Of a stretch of DNA of 64,000 nucleotides, positions 40,637 through 50,882 are shown piece after piece. Each line of letters opens with the position of its first letter. Position 1 is the stretch's first letter. A program made the translations under genes and the position numbers. Below the pieces are notes generated by a model, which did not search any database, was not told the DNA's origin, and was given only the letters and a program-made list of their open reading frames with translations. Origin of the DNA: Pseudomonadota bacterium (GTDB lineage: Bacteria; Pseudomonadota; Alphaproteobacteria; Micropepsales; Micropepsaceae); the NCBI GenBank assembly GCA_040389405.1, contig JAZJZY010000002.1, positions 740,575 to 804,574 on the forward strand. Direction: 5' to 3'.

Positions 40637-42778
40637 TCAGTTGGGCGCGGCGCCGGACAGCACTTCCTTGACCTTGGCGGCGAGCTGCTTGAGGCCGAAA
40701 GGCTTGGGCAGAAAATGCAGATCTGAAGCGTTCTCGTCGTTGCGGCGGAAGGCTTCCTCGGCATAGCCGGACATGAAAATCACCGGCAGGCCGGGTTTCA
40801 GTCCCTTCACATGGCGCACCATGGTCGGGCCGTCCATATTGGGCATCACCACATCGGTGACGATCAGGTGGATTTCCTGTTTGCCCGCCTTGACGATTTC
40901 CAGCCCTTCCTCGCCGCCGCTGGCTTCCAGGACATGATAACCGCGCATACGCAGCGCCCGCGCCGCGAAGCTGCGTACCGCTTCTTCGTCCTCGACCAAT
41001 AGAATTGTGTCCTGGCCGGTGACGTCGCGAGGCGCCGCCGCCGCCGCGACTTCGGCGACCGGCGCGTTCGCATCGACGCGATAGCGGGGCAGATAGACCT
41101 TGAAGCTGGTGCCGCGCCCGATATCGCTGTCCACGGTGATGAAACCGCCCGACTGCTTGACGATGCCATAGACGGTGGCGAGGCCGAGGCCCGTGCCCTG
41201 CCCCACCGGCTTGGTGGTGAAAAAGGGATCGAAGATCTTGCCGATATTCTCTTTCGAGATCCCGGTGCCGGTATCGGTGACTTCGATGCGGACATATTCG
41301 CCCGCCGGCATGATGGCGGTGCCCAGCGCGGCCGGCTGCATCACAGTGTCGTTGGCGGTGGTGATGGTGACCGTGCCGCCGCCGGGCATGGCGTCGCGGG
41401 CATTGACCACCAGATTGATGATCGCATTGGAAAGCTGCGTCTCGTCGGCATGGACGGACCAAAGGTCGGGACCATTGTCGAGCTTGAGTTCGATGCCTTC
41501 GCGCAGCAACCGGCGCAGCATCTGCGCCAGCTCGCTGGTCACGTCGGTCAGTGCCAGCACCTTTGGCTGCATGGTCTGCTTGCGGCTGAAGGCCAGGAGC
41601 TGGCCGACCAGGGTGGCGGCGCGCAAGGCGTTCTGATGGACCTCGTTGATTTCCTTGAAGGACGGATCGCCCGCCGGATGGCGCATCAACAAAAATTCAC
41701 TGTTGCCGATGATGACGGTGAGCAGATTGTTGAAATCGTGCGCCACGCCGCCCGCCAGCTGCCCGACTGCCTGCAGCTTCTGGGACTGGGCGAATTTGAC
41801 TTCCAGCGCCTTCTGTTCGGAAACGTCCGTCAGGTATAGCACCACGCCGTCCGGCATCGCACTGGCGGACAATTCCGCCATGCGCTCGCCCAGCCGCAAT
41901 TCAAGCCGGCGGCCCACGCTTTCGCCCCGCGCGGTGGCCGCGATCAGTACGCGCAAGGCTGCGCGATCGGCCTGATCCACCAGATCGGTAACGTCGCGGC
42001 TTGAAAGCGATCCCGTGGCGCCGAAAAATTTCGCGAACATTCCGTTGGCGTCGCGAATGATCCCGCCGGCATCGGCAAGCGCGACACCCATCGGCGCATT
42101 CAGAAGAAGCGCGCCCACGCTGTGATCCAGCGGTGCGGACGGCGTGGCAGGCGCGGTCCGAAGATCGGCGGCGGCTGACGCGGCCTCTGCAGCGGCGGGT
42201 GCCGCGGCTGGCTGGGACGTGGTGGCAGCGAGGCGGGGCGTAAACCACCACACCGTGCGCTGATCTTTCATCGGGCGTACCGCAGCCACCAGCTCCAGCC
42301 CCGGCATCACCACAAAACTTTCCTCGCGGGGGCGGCCTTCGGCGGCGTCGCGCGACAGGCGGTAGAGAACCGCGCTGGACGCTTCACCCGACAGCGCCAA
42401 TTCGGGTGGGGCGGCGCTGTCGCCGTCCTTGGTTCCGGCCATACGCCGATAAACGGGATTGCAATCCAGCACTGCGCCGTCAGGGCCGGTGATGACCCAG
42501 GCGACATTGGCGCGGGCCGCCGCTTCCGATACGCGCTTTGCGTCTTCGGTCTTGAGGCCCTCGCGCGGCCACACTGCATACAGAAGCAGGGAAGCCACCG
42601 CGCCGATGCCGCCCAGAAGGGCATAACCGGCAAAGCCGGCCTCGTCGGGCTGGGAAAGCGCCAGGCCCGCCGCCGCCAGGGCCACGATGCTGAACGCCAG
42701 GGCCGCCCAGCGCCAGGCGCCCGCAGGCACGCCGAACGTCCAAGATGAAATTGTGCGGGAAGCCTGCATTATCCGCAC
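40637..42778 (-). CDS. cckA: hybrid sensor histidine kinase/response regulator, CckA-like
   Basis: Two N-terminal TM segments, PAS regions, H-box [16 protein letters not shown], HATPase N/G boxes, and a C-terminal receiver ([11 protein letters not shown]...[11 protein letters not shown]). Adjacent to flhB, as I recall for Caulobacter cckA. Confidence 0.75.
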   Translation of the reverse strand: MRIMQASRTISSWTFGVPAGAWRWAALAFSIVALAAAGLALSQPDEAGFAGYALLGGIGAVASLLLYAVWPREGLKTEDAKRVSEAAARANVAWVITGPDGAVLDCNPVYRRMAGTKDGDSAAPPELALSGEASSAVLYRLSRDAAEGRPREESFVVMPGLELVAAVRPMKDQRTVWWFTPRLAATTSQPAAAPAAAEAASAAADLRTAPATPSAPLDHSVGALLLNAPMGVALADAGGIIRDANGMFAKFFGATGSLSSRDVTDLVDQADRAALRVLIAATARGESVGRRLELRLGERMAELSASAMPDGVVLYLTDVSEQKALEVKFAQSQKLQAVGQLAGGVAHDFNNLLTVIIGNSEFLLMRHPAGDPSFKEINEVHQNALRAATLVGQLLAFSRKQTMQPKVLALTDVTSELAQMLRRLLREGIELKLDNGPDLWSVHADETQLSNAIINLVVNARDAMPGGGTVTITTANDTVMQPAALGTAIMPAGEYVRIEVTDTGTGISKENIGKIFDPFFTTKPVGQGTGLGLATVYGIVKQSGGFITVDSDIGRGTSFKVYLPRYRVDANAPVAEVAAAAAPRDVTGQDTILLVEDEEAVRSFAARALRMRGYHVLEASGGEEGLEIVKAGKQEIHLIVTDVVMPNMDGPTMVRHVKGLKPGLPVIFMSGYAEEAFRRNDENASDLHFLPKPFGLKQLAAKVKEVLSGAAPN

Positions 42779-42834
42779 TTTACAGGATTCGGTTAACGAA
42801 TGGTTTCCAATACGTAAACCATTACATTTGCTGA

Positions 42835-43911
42835 CTAATTTCTGGCCATTTTCCCGCTCAGGCGCATCACATAGCCGATGATTTGCGCCACCGCCTTGTA
42901 TTGTTCGGGCGGGACGGCCTCGTCGATCTCGACGCTGGCATACAAAGCGCGCGCCAAAGGCGGATTTTCGATCACCGGCACATCATGTTCTTCGGCAACG
43001 GCGCGGATGCGTAGCGCCAATGCGTCTACGCCTTTGGCGACGCAGACCGGCGCCGCCATTTTCCCGGATTCATATTTCAGCGCCACGGCAAAGTGGGTGG
43101 GGTTCATGATCACCACCGTCGCCCCCGGCACCGCCGCCATCATGCGCTTGCGCGAACGCTCCTGGCGGATCTGGCGCACCTTGGCCTTGATGGCGGGATC
43201 GCCTTCATTCTGGCGATACTCTTCCTTGATCTCCTGCTTGGACATCCGATTGCGCTTCATGAAGCGAAGACGCTGCATGAAATAATCCAGGCCCGCGATT
43301 ACCAGCAGCGCCGCCAGCGCCGCCATCAGCACCTTGAACAGCAAATGGCTCATGTCGCCGACGATGGCGCCCGGCGACTGGGTGAGAATGGATTCCAGCA
43401 TGCCCCGTTCGGGCCAGAGCTGCGTCCAGATCGCCATGCCCACGATGGCGATCTTGATCAGGCCCTTGAGCATATTCATCCAGCCTTCCAGGCCGAAGGT
43501 CCGCGCCAGGCCTTTCGGAATCGAAAGCTTGGAAAAATCCGGCGCCAGCTTGGCGGGATTGAGCGTGGGCATGCTCTGCATCACATGTCCGCCAAGGCTG
43601 GCCGCCACCATCACGCCCATGAAGGGCGCCAGGAGCAGCGCCAGATGCAGCAACAATCCGCGCGCCATGGACGCCAAACCCGCGCCATCCACGGCCATCT
43701 GCTCCGGCTGCTCGATAAATATGGAGAGAAGCTTGGCGATGCCGATCATGGTCGACTGGCCGAACATGGCGATCGCCAAGGTGCCGCCCGCCAGAAGAAC
43801 AAAGGCAGTGACTTCGGTGGATTTGACGATGTCCCCGGATTCGCGCGCCTGTTCGAGCCGCTTGGCTGTCGGCTCTTCGGTCTGCTGCGATTTGTCCTGG
43901 TCGTCCGCCAT
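42835..43911 (-). CDS. flhB: flagellar export switch protein FlhB
   Basis: DQDKSQQTEEPTAKRLEQARESGDIVKS N-terminus and NPTH autocleavage site (VVIMNPTHFAVAL). Confidence 0.96.
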   Translation of the reverse strand: MADDQDKSQQTEEPTAKRLEQARESGDIVKSTEVTAFVLLAGGTLAIAMFGQSTMIGIAKLLSIFIEQPEQMAVDGAGLASMARGLLLHLALLLAPFMGVMVAASLGGHVMQSMPTLNPAKLAPDFSKLSIPKGLARTFGLEGWMNMLKGLIKIAIVGMAIWTQLWPERGMLESILTQSPGAIVGDMSHLLFKVLMAALAALLVIAGLDYFMQRLRFMKRNRMSKQEIKEEYRQNEGDPAIKAKVRQIRQERSRKRMMAAVPGATVVIMNPTHFAVALKYESGKMAAPVCVAKGVDALALRIRAVAEEHDVPVIENPPLARALYASVEIDEAVPPEQYKAVAQIIGYVMRLSGKMARN

Positions 43912-43944
43912 GCTTTTAGTCGCCTGTCGCTTCGCTACTTGAGG

Positions 43945-44709
43945 CTAGAGGAATATCCCCATCGAGGTGGTGTAGTAGTTGAGGAACAAAGTGATGATCG
44001 AACCCAGCATCGCGAGCATGATGACGAAGCCGCAAAGAATGTTGATCGGCACCGCGACAAAAAAGATCTGCAATTGCGGCATCAGTTTCGCTAGCACGCC
44101 CAGCGCGGCGTAGATGGCAAAGCCGAACACCAGGAATGGCGCGGCCAGCTGAAAGCCCAGTGCGAAAGAAGATGAAACCAACCCGATCACCAGCTGTGCC
44201 ATGTCGCCGGTGGGCAAGGCCGCGCCCGGCGGCAGCATCCGGTAGCTGCCCGCGATGGCGCCTATCGCCAAATGATGCAGATCGGTGGCGAAGATCATCA
44301 CCGTTCCCAGCAAGGTGAGAAAATTGCCCACCACCGCGCCCTGGGTGTTCTGGGTCGGGTCCAAAGTCTGGGCATAGGCGAGGCCGATCTGGGACGCGAT
44401 CAGAAAGCCCGCCACTTGCAGCGCGCTCATGATCACGGCCGCCATGGCGCCCACAAGCACACCGGCGGTGATTTCCTGACCGATCAGAATGACCAGCGCG
44501 ATCATGGTCTGCGGCGCCGCGGCCGGATATTGGCCTTGCACCGTTGGCGTCAGCGCGAACGAAACTGCCAGCGCCAGAACCAGGCGCACGCGGGCCGGCA
44601 CGCCCATGGTGCCGACGCCGGGCAGCAACATCATCATCGCGCCCACCCGCGAGAATACCAGCAGGTAGGTGAGAACGATGCCCGAAAGGGCGGGAAGATG
44701 GATGTGCAT
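43945..44709 (-). CDS. fliR: flagellar export apparatus protein FliR
   Basis: About 250-aa polytopic protein; position between fliQ and flhB. Confidence 0.9.
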   Translation of the reverse strand: MHIHLPALSGIVLTYLLVFSRVGAMMMLLPGVGTMGVPARVRLVLALAVSFALTPTVQGQYPAAAPQTMIALVILIGQEITAGVLVGAMAAVIMSALQVAGFLIASQIGLAYAQTLDPTQNTQGAVVGNFLTLLGTVMIFATDLHHLAIGAIAGSYRMLPPGAALPTGDMAQLVIGLVSSSFALGFQLAAPFLVFGFAIYAALGVLAKLMPQLQIFFVAVPINILCGFVIMLAMLGSIITLFLNYYTTSMGIFL

Positions 44710-44732
44710 TCAGGCCTGACGGAACATGAAAA

Positions 44733-44996
44733 TCAGTAGGCGGCGATACGCGCCGCAATGTCGGTCATCAATCCGCCCAGCGCCGCGCCCGCGAATGGCA
44801 GGAAAATCAACAGCACGACAAAGACGGCGACGATCTTTGGCACGAACACCAGGGTCTGTTCCTGGATCTGTGTCAAAGCCTGCAACAGACCGATGCCCAG
44901 GCCCACAACGAGCGCGGTGATCATGGCGGGTGCGATCATCTCCAAGAGGACGATGATGGCGGTGCGGGCGAAGTCGATGGCGGAAGCGGAATCCAT
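44733..44996 (-). CDS. fliQ: flagellar export apparatus protein FliQ
   Basis: 87 aa, two TM segments, LLQALTQIQEQTLVFVPKI motif. Confidence 0.93.
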   Translation of the reverse strand: MDSASAIDFARTAIIVLLEMIAPAMITALVVGLGIGLLQALTQIQEQTLVFVPKIVAVFVVLLIFLPFAGAALGGLMTDIAARIAAY

Positions 44997-45024
44997 AAGG
45001 TCCTCTTTTTTTTATTTGTCGCGC

Positions 45025-45061
45025 GGCCGGACGGAAAACCGGAAGTCCACTTTTCCCGGCC
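45025..45061. repeat. CCGGAAAA...TTTTCCGG family hairpin between fliE and fliQ
   Basis: GGCCGGACGGAAAA-CCGGAAGTCCA-CTTTTCCCGGCC. Confidence 0.65.
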
Positions 45062-45071
45062 GCCGCTCCAT

Positions 45072-45386
45072 TTAAATGGGCATGCTCATGATGGACTGAT
45101 AGGCCGCGACCACCTTGTCGCGCACGGCCACCACGGTATCGAGGGTGAGTTCGGCGGAGTTCACCGAATTGACCACATCGACGATGTTGGCCTTGCCGGA
45201 CACCTGCGCGGTGGCGGCCTGTTCACCCTGGCGGATGTTGGAGATCGAATCCTTCACCGCGCCCGACAGGAAATCCGAGAAGCTGGAGCCGGGCGCCTCG
45301 GCGGGCACAACACCCGGCGCGGAGGAAGCCTGCGCCATGCGCGCGACATTCTGGTAGGCGGCGGCTGCGGCGGCGGGAAGTGCCAT
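45072..45386 (-). CDS. fliE: flagellar hook-basal body complex protein FliE
   Basis: About 100 aa; C-terminal ELTLDTVVAVRDKVVAAYQSIMSMPI. Confidence 0.9.
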   Translation of the reverse strand: MALPAAAAAAYQNVARMAQASSAPGVVPAEAPGSSFSDFLSGAVKDSISNIRQGEQAATAQVSGKANIVDVVNSVNSAELTLDTVVAVRDKVVAAYQSIMSMPI

Positions 45387-45426
45387 CTATTTTCTCCCTG
45401 ACAAAGGTGAAACCCACACCGACTTT

Positions 45427-45461
45427 CTTCCCCCACAAGGCGAAACCTTTGGTGGGGGAAG
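45427..45461 (-). other. strong intercistronic hairpin between flgC and fliE
   Basis: CTTCCCCCAC...GTGGGGGAAG 10-bp perfect outer stem plus inner AAGG/CCTT pairs. Confidence 0.6.
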
Positions 45462-45510
45462 ATGTGCGGTAGCGGGCTTGCCCGCGTGGCGCACAGATGG
45501 GGGCAAAAAA

Positions 45511-45921
45511 TTACTTATTTAAAAGATCTACGGTTTTCGCGAGCATCTGCTTGGTCGCGTCCATCACGGTGAGATCGGCCTCGTAAGAGCGCTGGGCTTC
45601 ACGCATGTCCATGATTTCAATCAAAGGATCGACATTGGGCAGCTTCACGTAACCCTGCTTGTCGGCATTGGGATTGCCGGGGTCGTACTGGCTGCGAAAC
45701 TCGCTCTTGTCCCGGATGGTGCGGCCATTCTCCACCAGATGGGCGCCCAGCTCGCGGTCGAATTTCGACGTCACGGTCGAGACCTTGCGGCGATAAGGAT
45801 CGGCGCCCGGCGTCGGCGAGGTGGAATCGGCATTGGCGATATTTTCCGAAATCACCTTCATGCGCTCGGATTGAACGCGCATGCCGGAAGCGGCAACGGC
45901 CATGGAAGTCGAAAAGTCCAT
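45511..45921 (-). CDS. flgC: flagellar basal-body rod protein FlgC
   Basis: AVAASGMRVQSERMKVISENIANADST and a C-terminal rod motif. Confidence 0.95.
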   Translation of the reverse strand: MDFSTSMAVAASGMRVQSERMKVISENIANADSTSPTPGADPYRRKVSTVTSKFDRELGAHLVENGRTIRDKSEFRSQYDPGNPNADKQGYVKLPNVDPLIEIMDMREAQRSYEADLTVMDATKQMLAKTVDLLNK

Positions 45922-45944
45922 ATCTGATCTCCTTGTCCTGTTTC

Positions 45945-46349
45945 TCAGTGACCGATGGCGGTTTTCATCAGGGTCATCGCCTTGGCGTAGATGTTTGCCG
46001 CGGCCTGGAATTGCGCCTGGGTGTCGGCGACCTTGATCATTTCGGCTTCCAGCGAAACCGAATTGCCGTTGGGATTGGATTCGATGTCATGGGTTTCGAC
46101 ATCGTCGAATTTGGTGGCGTCGGCGGGACGAATCGCGATGTGGCGCGGATCGGTGACGCGAAGATTGGCGCCGCTGCTCGCCATCGGTGATTTCATGCCG
46201 TCCTTGAAATCCAGCGGTTTCAGGTCATGCGCGACATATTTCGGCGTGTCGGCATTGGCGACATTCTGCGAGAGAACATCCTGGCGCTGGTGCAGCCAGG
46301 ACATGCGGGTGCGGAGCATGGACATCAGCGGGGCGTCGGGCAATTCCAT
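45945..46349 (-). CDS. flgB: flagellar basal-body rod protein FlgB
   Basis: RMSWLHQRQDVLSQNVANADTPKY. Confidence 0.93.
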   Translation of the reverse strand: MELPDAPLMSMLRTRMSWLHQRQDVLSQNVANADTPKYVAHDLKPLDFKDGMKSPMASSGANLRVTDPRHIAIRPADATKFDDVETHDIESNPNGNSVSLEAEMIKVADTQAQFQAAANIYAKAMTLMKTAIGH

Positions 46350-46403
46350 CGCGGTAACCTTTTGTTAGCCTTCGAATGACGGCCGATCCTGACGCCGTCA
46401 TGC

Positions 46404-46419
46404 TTAAGCCCGACTTAAC
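46404..46419. promoter_or_regulatory. perfect CtrA box (TTAA-N7-TTAAC)
   Basis: TTAA-GCCCGAC-TTAAC in the flgB/fliO divergent spacer. Confidence 0.7.
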
Positions 46420-46454
46420 GATGGAAGTTTTTGCCGGGCATTTTCTGCCGCGAT

Positions 46455-46469
46455 TTAACGCGTGATTAA
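46455..46469. promoter_or_regulatory. perfect CtrA box (TTAA-N7-TTAA)
   Basis: TTAA-CGCGTGA-TTAA, 36 nt from the first box, in the same spacer. Confidence 0.65.
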
Positions 46470-46570
46470 GGTTGACAGTTCTTTACTCCGACCCCTGAGC
46501 GTTTCGGCGAAGGGCACCGTCTCTATGAAAATTGACGGTCTCGCGCCGCCGCAACGCGAAAAGGAATAAA

Positions 46571-46849
46571 ATGGCAATTGAAATTCTTCGCTATGTCGGC
46601 GCCCTGCTGCTGGTGCTCGCCCTGATCGGCGGCGCCGGTATCGCTGCGCGCAAATGGGGCGTGCCCGGTGTCACCAAGGCCGTCGATCAGAAACGCCTGG
46701 CGGTGGTCGAGACCCTGATGATCGGGCCGCGCCAGAAGCTTTTCATCGTGCGCCGCGACAATGTCGAGCACCTCATCTTCTCCGGTCCGGACGGCGCTTG
46801 CCTGGTTGAGAACGGAATTACTCCTATCGAAAAGCCCGGCATCACATGA
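46571..46849 (+). CDS. fliO: flagellar biosynthesis protein FliO
   Basis: Single-TM small protein (MAIEILRYVGALLLVLALIGGAGIAARKW...LAVVETLMIGPRQKLFIVRRDNVEHLI). AAGGAA RBS. Overlaps the fliP start. Confidence 0.75.
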   Translation: MAIEILRYVGALLLVLALIGGAGIAARKWGVPGVTKAVDQKRLAVVETLMIGPRQKLFIVRRDNVEHLIFSGPDGACLVENGITPIEKPGIT

Positions 46850-47649
46850 AGCGCTTTACGTCAATCCTGCCGCTGCTGATTCTTCTGTTGGTGCTGATGG
46901 CGCCCAGCTTCGCCTTTGCCGCGGCGCTTCAACCGGCGGCCGCCAACGCCAGCGCAGCGGCATCCAATACCGGCCTTTCCATCGACGTCACGGGCAGCGG
47001 CCTTTTCACCGACCGCATGGTGCAGATCGTCGCCCTGATCACGGTGCTGTCGATCGCGCCGTCGATCCTGATCATGATGACCAGCTTTGTGCGCATAGTG
47101 GTGGTGCTGTCGCTGCTGCGTACGGCCTTGGGCCTGCAACAGAGCCCGCCCAACAGCGTGCTGGTGTCGCTGGCGATGTTCCTGACCCTGTTCGTGATGA
47201 CGCCGACCTTGACCGACGCCTATCATCAGGGCGTCGAGCCGATGATGAAGAACGAGGTGACGGCGGAACAAGGCTTCACCGCCGCCATGGTGCCGATGAA
47301 GAAATTCATGCTGGCCCATGTCCGCGATGCCGACCTCAAGCTGTTCATGGACATGGCGCACACCAAACCCACGCCCAAGGCCGAAGACACCGCCCTGACC
47401 ACCCTGGCCCCCGCCTTCATGCTGTCGGAGCTGAAACGGGCCTTTGAAATCGGCTTTCTTATCTTTGTGCCGTTTCTGATCATCGACATGGCGGTCGCCT
47501 CGATCCTGATGAGCATGGGCATGATGATGCTGCCGCCGGTGATCATCTCCCTGCCGTTCAAGCTGATCTTCTTTGTGCTGGTGGATGGCTGGCGCTTGAT
47601 CGCCGGATCGCTGGTCGAGAGCTATCTCCATAGCCCCCCTCATACTTGA
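46846..47649 (+). CDS. fliP: flagellar export apparatus protein FliP
   Basis: Signal peptide, then ILIMMTSFVRIVVVLSLLRTALGLQQSPPN and FLIFVPFLIIDMAVASILMSMGMMMLPP. Confidence 0.96.
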   Translation: MKRFTSILPLLILLLVLMAPSFAFAAALQPAAANASAAASNTGLSIDVTGSGLFTDRMVQIVALITVLSIAPSILIMMTSFVRIVVVLSLLRTALGLQQSPPNSVLVSLAMFLTLFVMTPTLTDAYHQGVEPMMKNEVTAEQGFTAAMVPMKKFMLAHVRDADLKLFMDMAHTKPTPKAEDTALTTLAPAFMLSELKRAFEIGFLIFVPFLIIDMAVASILMSMGMMMLPPVIISLPFKLIFFVLVDGWRLIAGSLVESYLHSPPHT

Positions 47650-47710
47650 GGTGCCTTGACGCTGTTTTGAGAGCGCGAGACAGTCATCCCAACGGGTTTG
47701 GGAGGGGTTC

Positions 47711-49351
47711 ATGCTGCGTGTCTCGCGCCTGAAGGCGTTCGTCTCGGTTTTCGCTTTACTTCCCGTCTTGAGCATCGCCGTCCCATCGGGGCAGGCGGCG
47801 GCACCCGCCAAGCTGCCCAAGGGCGTGGGCGACGCGGCCAGTTGCCGGGCCCTGACCGGACGCACCATCGCGCCGGGCATGCGTGTCCTCACCGCCGAAT
47901 ATGACGAGAGCGGCACGATCGTCGGCGACACGAAGATCGATGTACCGCTTTGCCGGATCGTGGGGGTTGCCAATCCCAACGCCGATTCCCGCATTGGCTT
48001 CGAAGTCTGGATGCCGCCCGCCAGCGCCTGGAACGGGAAATTCCAGGCCGAAGGCTCGGGCGGTTCAGCGGGCGCGATCTCGCCCGGCCCGATGCTGACG
48101 GCGCTGAAGGCAGGCTATGCCACCATGTCGACCGACAATGGTCATGTCACCGATCCCAACGCCCCCAATGGCGGCAACGAGCAGACCTGGGCGCTGGGCC
48201 ATCCCGAGAAGATGGTCGATTTCGCCTATCGCGCCCTGCATGTCTCGACGGTGGCGGCCAAACAGATCGTGCAGGATTTCTACGGCAGGAAAGCCAGCGT
48301 GTCTTATTTCGTGGGCTGCTCGCAGGGCGGCCATCATGCGCTGATGGAAGCGACACGCTTCCCCGACGATTACGATGGCATCGTCGCGGGCGCGCCGGCC
48401 TGGCACTGGGCCAACCAGATGATCAACGCCAGCTGGAACAGCCGCGCCGCGCGGCTCGACCCCAGCGCCCTGACGGATGCGAGCGCGGCATTGCTCAACC
48501 GGCGGGTGATCGCGGACTGCGATGCGATCGATGGCGTCAAGGACGGGGTGATCGAGGACCCCCGCCAATGTCATTTCAATCCCGCCACGCTCACTTGCAA
48601 GACGGGCGATGCCGAGAGCGAGTGCTTGACGCCGGTTCAGGTGGCGGCGGCAGAGGCAATCTATAATGGCGCCAAACGCTCCGACGGCAGTCCCATCTTT
48701 GTGGGCTATCCACGCGGCAGTGAGGCCCAATGGGCGCGGCTGTGGGCGGGTGCGGCGCCGGGCGGATCGTCTTTCGATTTCTTCCGCTATTCGGTGTTCC
48801 AGAACAAGGATTTCGACAACACCAAATTCGACTATGACAAGGACACTGATCGGGCGTTGAACGCCAAGGTGGTGGGCAAGCAGACGGTCGCCGACGTCTA
48901 CAACGTCAAGCCCGACCTTTCCGCCTTCGCGCGGCGTGGCGGCAAGCTGATCATGTATCATGGCTGGGCCGACCAGCAGATTTCAGCGCTCGCCGCTGTC
49001 GATTTCTATCAGCAGATCGTGACCAAGGAAGGCCAGGCCCGCACCAACGGCTTTCTGAAACTGTTCATGCTGCCAGGAATCTTCCATTGCACCGGCGGCC
49101 CGGGCACAGGCAATTTCGGCGCCGCCGGTCCCGCCATCCAGGACGATGCGCAGCACGACATCACCAAAGCGCTGGATGTCTGGGTGACACAGAAAAAAGC
49201 GCCCGAGACTTTCATCGGCACGCATCTCAATCAAAGCAAGGTGGCGGACCGCACGCGCCCGATCTGCGCCTTCCCGGCCCAGGCGAAGTACAAAGGCAGC
49301 GGCGACACCAACGACGCCGCGAATTTCACCTGCGCGGTGCCGCCAGCTTAA
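47711..49351 (+). CDS. secreted tannase/feruloyl esterase family hydrolase
   Basis: Signal peptide; YFVGCSQGGHHALMEA nucleophile motif; DGIVAGAPAWHW. Confidence 0.8.
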   Translation: MLRVSRLKAFVSVFALLPVLSIAVPSGQAAAPAKLPKGVGDAASCRALTGRTIAPGMRVLTAEYDESGTIVGDTKIDVPLCRIVGVANPNADSRIGFEVWMPPASAWNGKFQAEGSGGSAGAISPGPMLTALKAGYATMSTDNGHVTDPNAPNGGNEQTWALGHPEKMVDFAYRALHVSTVAAKQIVQDFYGRKASVSYFVGCSQGGHHALMEATRFPDDYDGIVAGAPAWHWANQMINASWNSRAARLDPSALTDASAALLNRRVIADCDAIDGVKDGVIEDPRQCHFNPATLTCKTGDAESECLTPVQVAAAEAIYNGAKRSDGSPIFVGYPRGSEAQWARLWAGAAPGGSSFDFFRYSVFQNKDFDNTKFDYDKDTDRALNAKVVGKQTVADVYNVKPDLSAFARRGGKLIMYHGWADQQISALAAVDFYQQIVTKEGQARTNGFLKLFMLPGIFHCTGGPGTGNFGAAGPAIQDDAQHDITKALDVWVTQKKAPETFIGTHLNQSKVADRTRPICAFPAQAKYKGSGDTNDAANFTCAVPPA

Positions 49352-49992
49352 GCCAGTGCCATCACGTAATCGGCTTCGGTTTTTGCCTTGACGTCATCGG
49401 CGGTGACGCCGGGCGCGAGTTCGATCAGGCGCATCCGACCTTCCTTGCGGTCGATATCAAAGACGCAAAGGTCGGTGATCACCATGTCGATGCAGCGGCT
49501 GCCGGTGAGCGGCAGGGTGCAGGTCTTGAGGATCTTCGACTTGCCCGCCTTGTTGGCATGCTCCATCACCGCGATGACGCGCTTGACGCCGGCGACCAGA
49601 TCCATCGCCCCGCCCATGCCCTTCACCATCTTGCCCGGGATGGTCCAGTTGGCGATGTCGCCCTGCTCGGACACTTCCATCGCACCCAATACCGCCATGT
49701 CGATATGACCGCCCCGGATCATCGCGAAGCTGTCCGCCGAGGAAAAGAAGCTGGAAGTGGGAATTGCGGTGATCGTCTGCTTTCCCGCATTGATCAGGTC
49801 GGGGTCTTCGTCGCCTTCATAGGGAAATGGCCCGATCCCCAGCATGCCGTTTTCGCTCTGCAGGGTGACTTTCATGTCCTTAGGAATGTAGTTCGCCACC
49901 AGGGTCGGAATGCCGATGCCCAGATTGACGTAGTAGCCGTCCTTGAGTTCGCGCGCGGCCCGTGCCGCCATCTCTTCGCGGGTCCAGGCCAT
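49348..49992 (-). CDS. scoB: 3-oxoacid CoA-transferase subunit B
   Basis: AARELKDGYYVNLGIGIPTLVANY...SENGMLGIGP. Confidence 0.93.
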   Translation of the reverse strand: MAWTREEMAARAARELKDGYYVNLGIGIPTLVANYIPKDMKVTLQSENGMLGIGPFPYEGDEDPDLINAGKQTITAIPTSSFFSSADSFAMIRGGHIDMAVLGAMEVSEQGDIANWTIPGKMVKGMGGAMDLVAGVKRVIAVMEHANKAGKSKILKTCTLPLTGSRCIDMVITDLCVFDIDRKEGRMRLIELAPGVTADDVKAKTEADYVMALA

Positions 49993-50723
49993 TACGCATT
50001 CTCCTTTTCAGGACTTTGTTGTGGCCTGGGCCGGGTGGTGCGGAATTCGATCCGCTTGGCATAGTCAGTGCCCTGCAGAATGCGATTCACGAAAATGCCG
50101 GGGGTATGGACCTGGTCGGGATCCAAGGTGCCGTTGGGCACCAGCTCTTCCACTTCGGCGATGGTGATCTTGGCCGCCGTCGCCATGTTGGGATTAAAAT
50201 TCCGCGCGGTCTTGCGATAAATCAGATTGCCTTCGTGATCACCCTTCCAGGCCTTGATCACGGCCAAGTCCGCCTTCAGCCATGTCTCGCGCACATAGGT
50301 CTCGCCGTCGAAAACTTCGGTGGGTTTGCCTTCTGCAACCACCGTGCCGACACCTGTCTTGGTATAGAAGGCGGGAATACCAGCGCCGCCCGCACGAATG
50401 CGTTCCGCCAAGGTGCCTTGCGGGTTCAGTTCCAGCTCCAGCTTGCCGGACAGATACAGGTTCTCGAACAATTTGTTCTCACCCACATAGGAGGAAACCA
50501 TCTTCTTGATCTGGTTGTTGTTGAGCAGCACCCAGAGGCCGACATTGTCGGCGCCGCAATTGTTGGAGATCACGGTCATGTCCTTGACGCCGTTGTTCAT
50601 CAGCGCCGTGACCAGGTTCTCCGGATTGCCGGAAAGCCCGAAGCCGCCATGCATCAGGGTCATGCCGTCAAACACGACGCCTTCCAGCGCCGAGGTTGCA
50701 TCCTTGTAAACTTTGCCCGCCAT
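49992..50723 (-). CDS. scoA: 3-oxoacid CoA-transferase subunit A
   Basis: MAGKVYKDATSALEGVVFDGMTLMHGGFGLSGNPENL; GGAGA RBS before ATG 50723. Confidence 0.92.
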   Translation of the reverse strand: MAGKVYKDATSALEGVVFDGMTLMHGGFGLSGNPENLVTALMNNGVKDMTVISNNCGADNVGLWVLLNNNQIKKMVSSYVGENKLFENLYLSGKLELELNPQGTLAERIRAGGAGIPAFYTKTGVGTVVAEGKPTEVFDGETYVRETWLKADLAVIKAWKGDHEGNLIYRKTARNFNPNMATAAKITIAEVEELVPNGTLDPDQVHTPGIFVNRILQGTDYAKRIEFRTTRPRPQQSPEKENA

Positions 50724-50882
50724 GAAAATTCTCCAAACCTGTCGCACCTGCATACTGAAGCGCGCGCCCAGCCGCAATTGTGCCAACCTCAATTATGAGG
50801 GCGAGCTTGCCCGAAATCTTCCAAGAAAATGTGAAGCCGGAGGCCGATTTGCAGGCATTCCGGGCGCTCAGACGCCAGGCGC

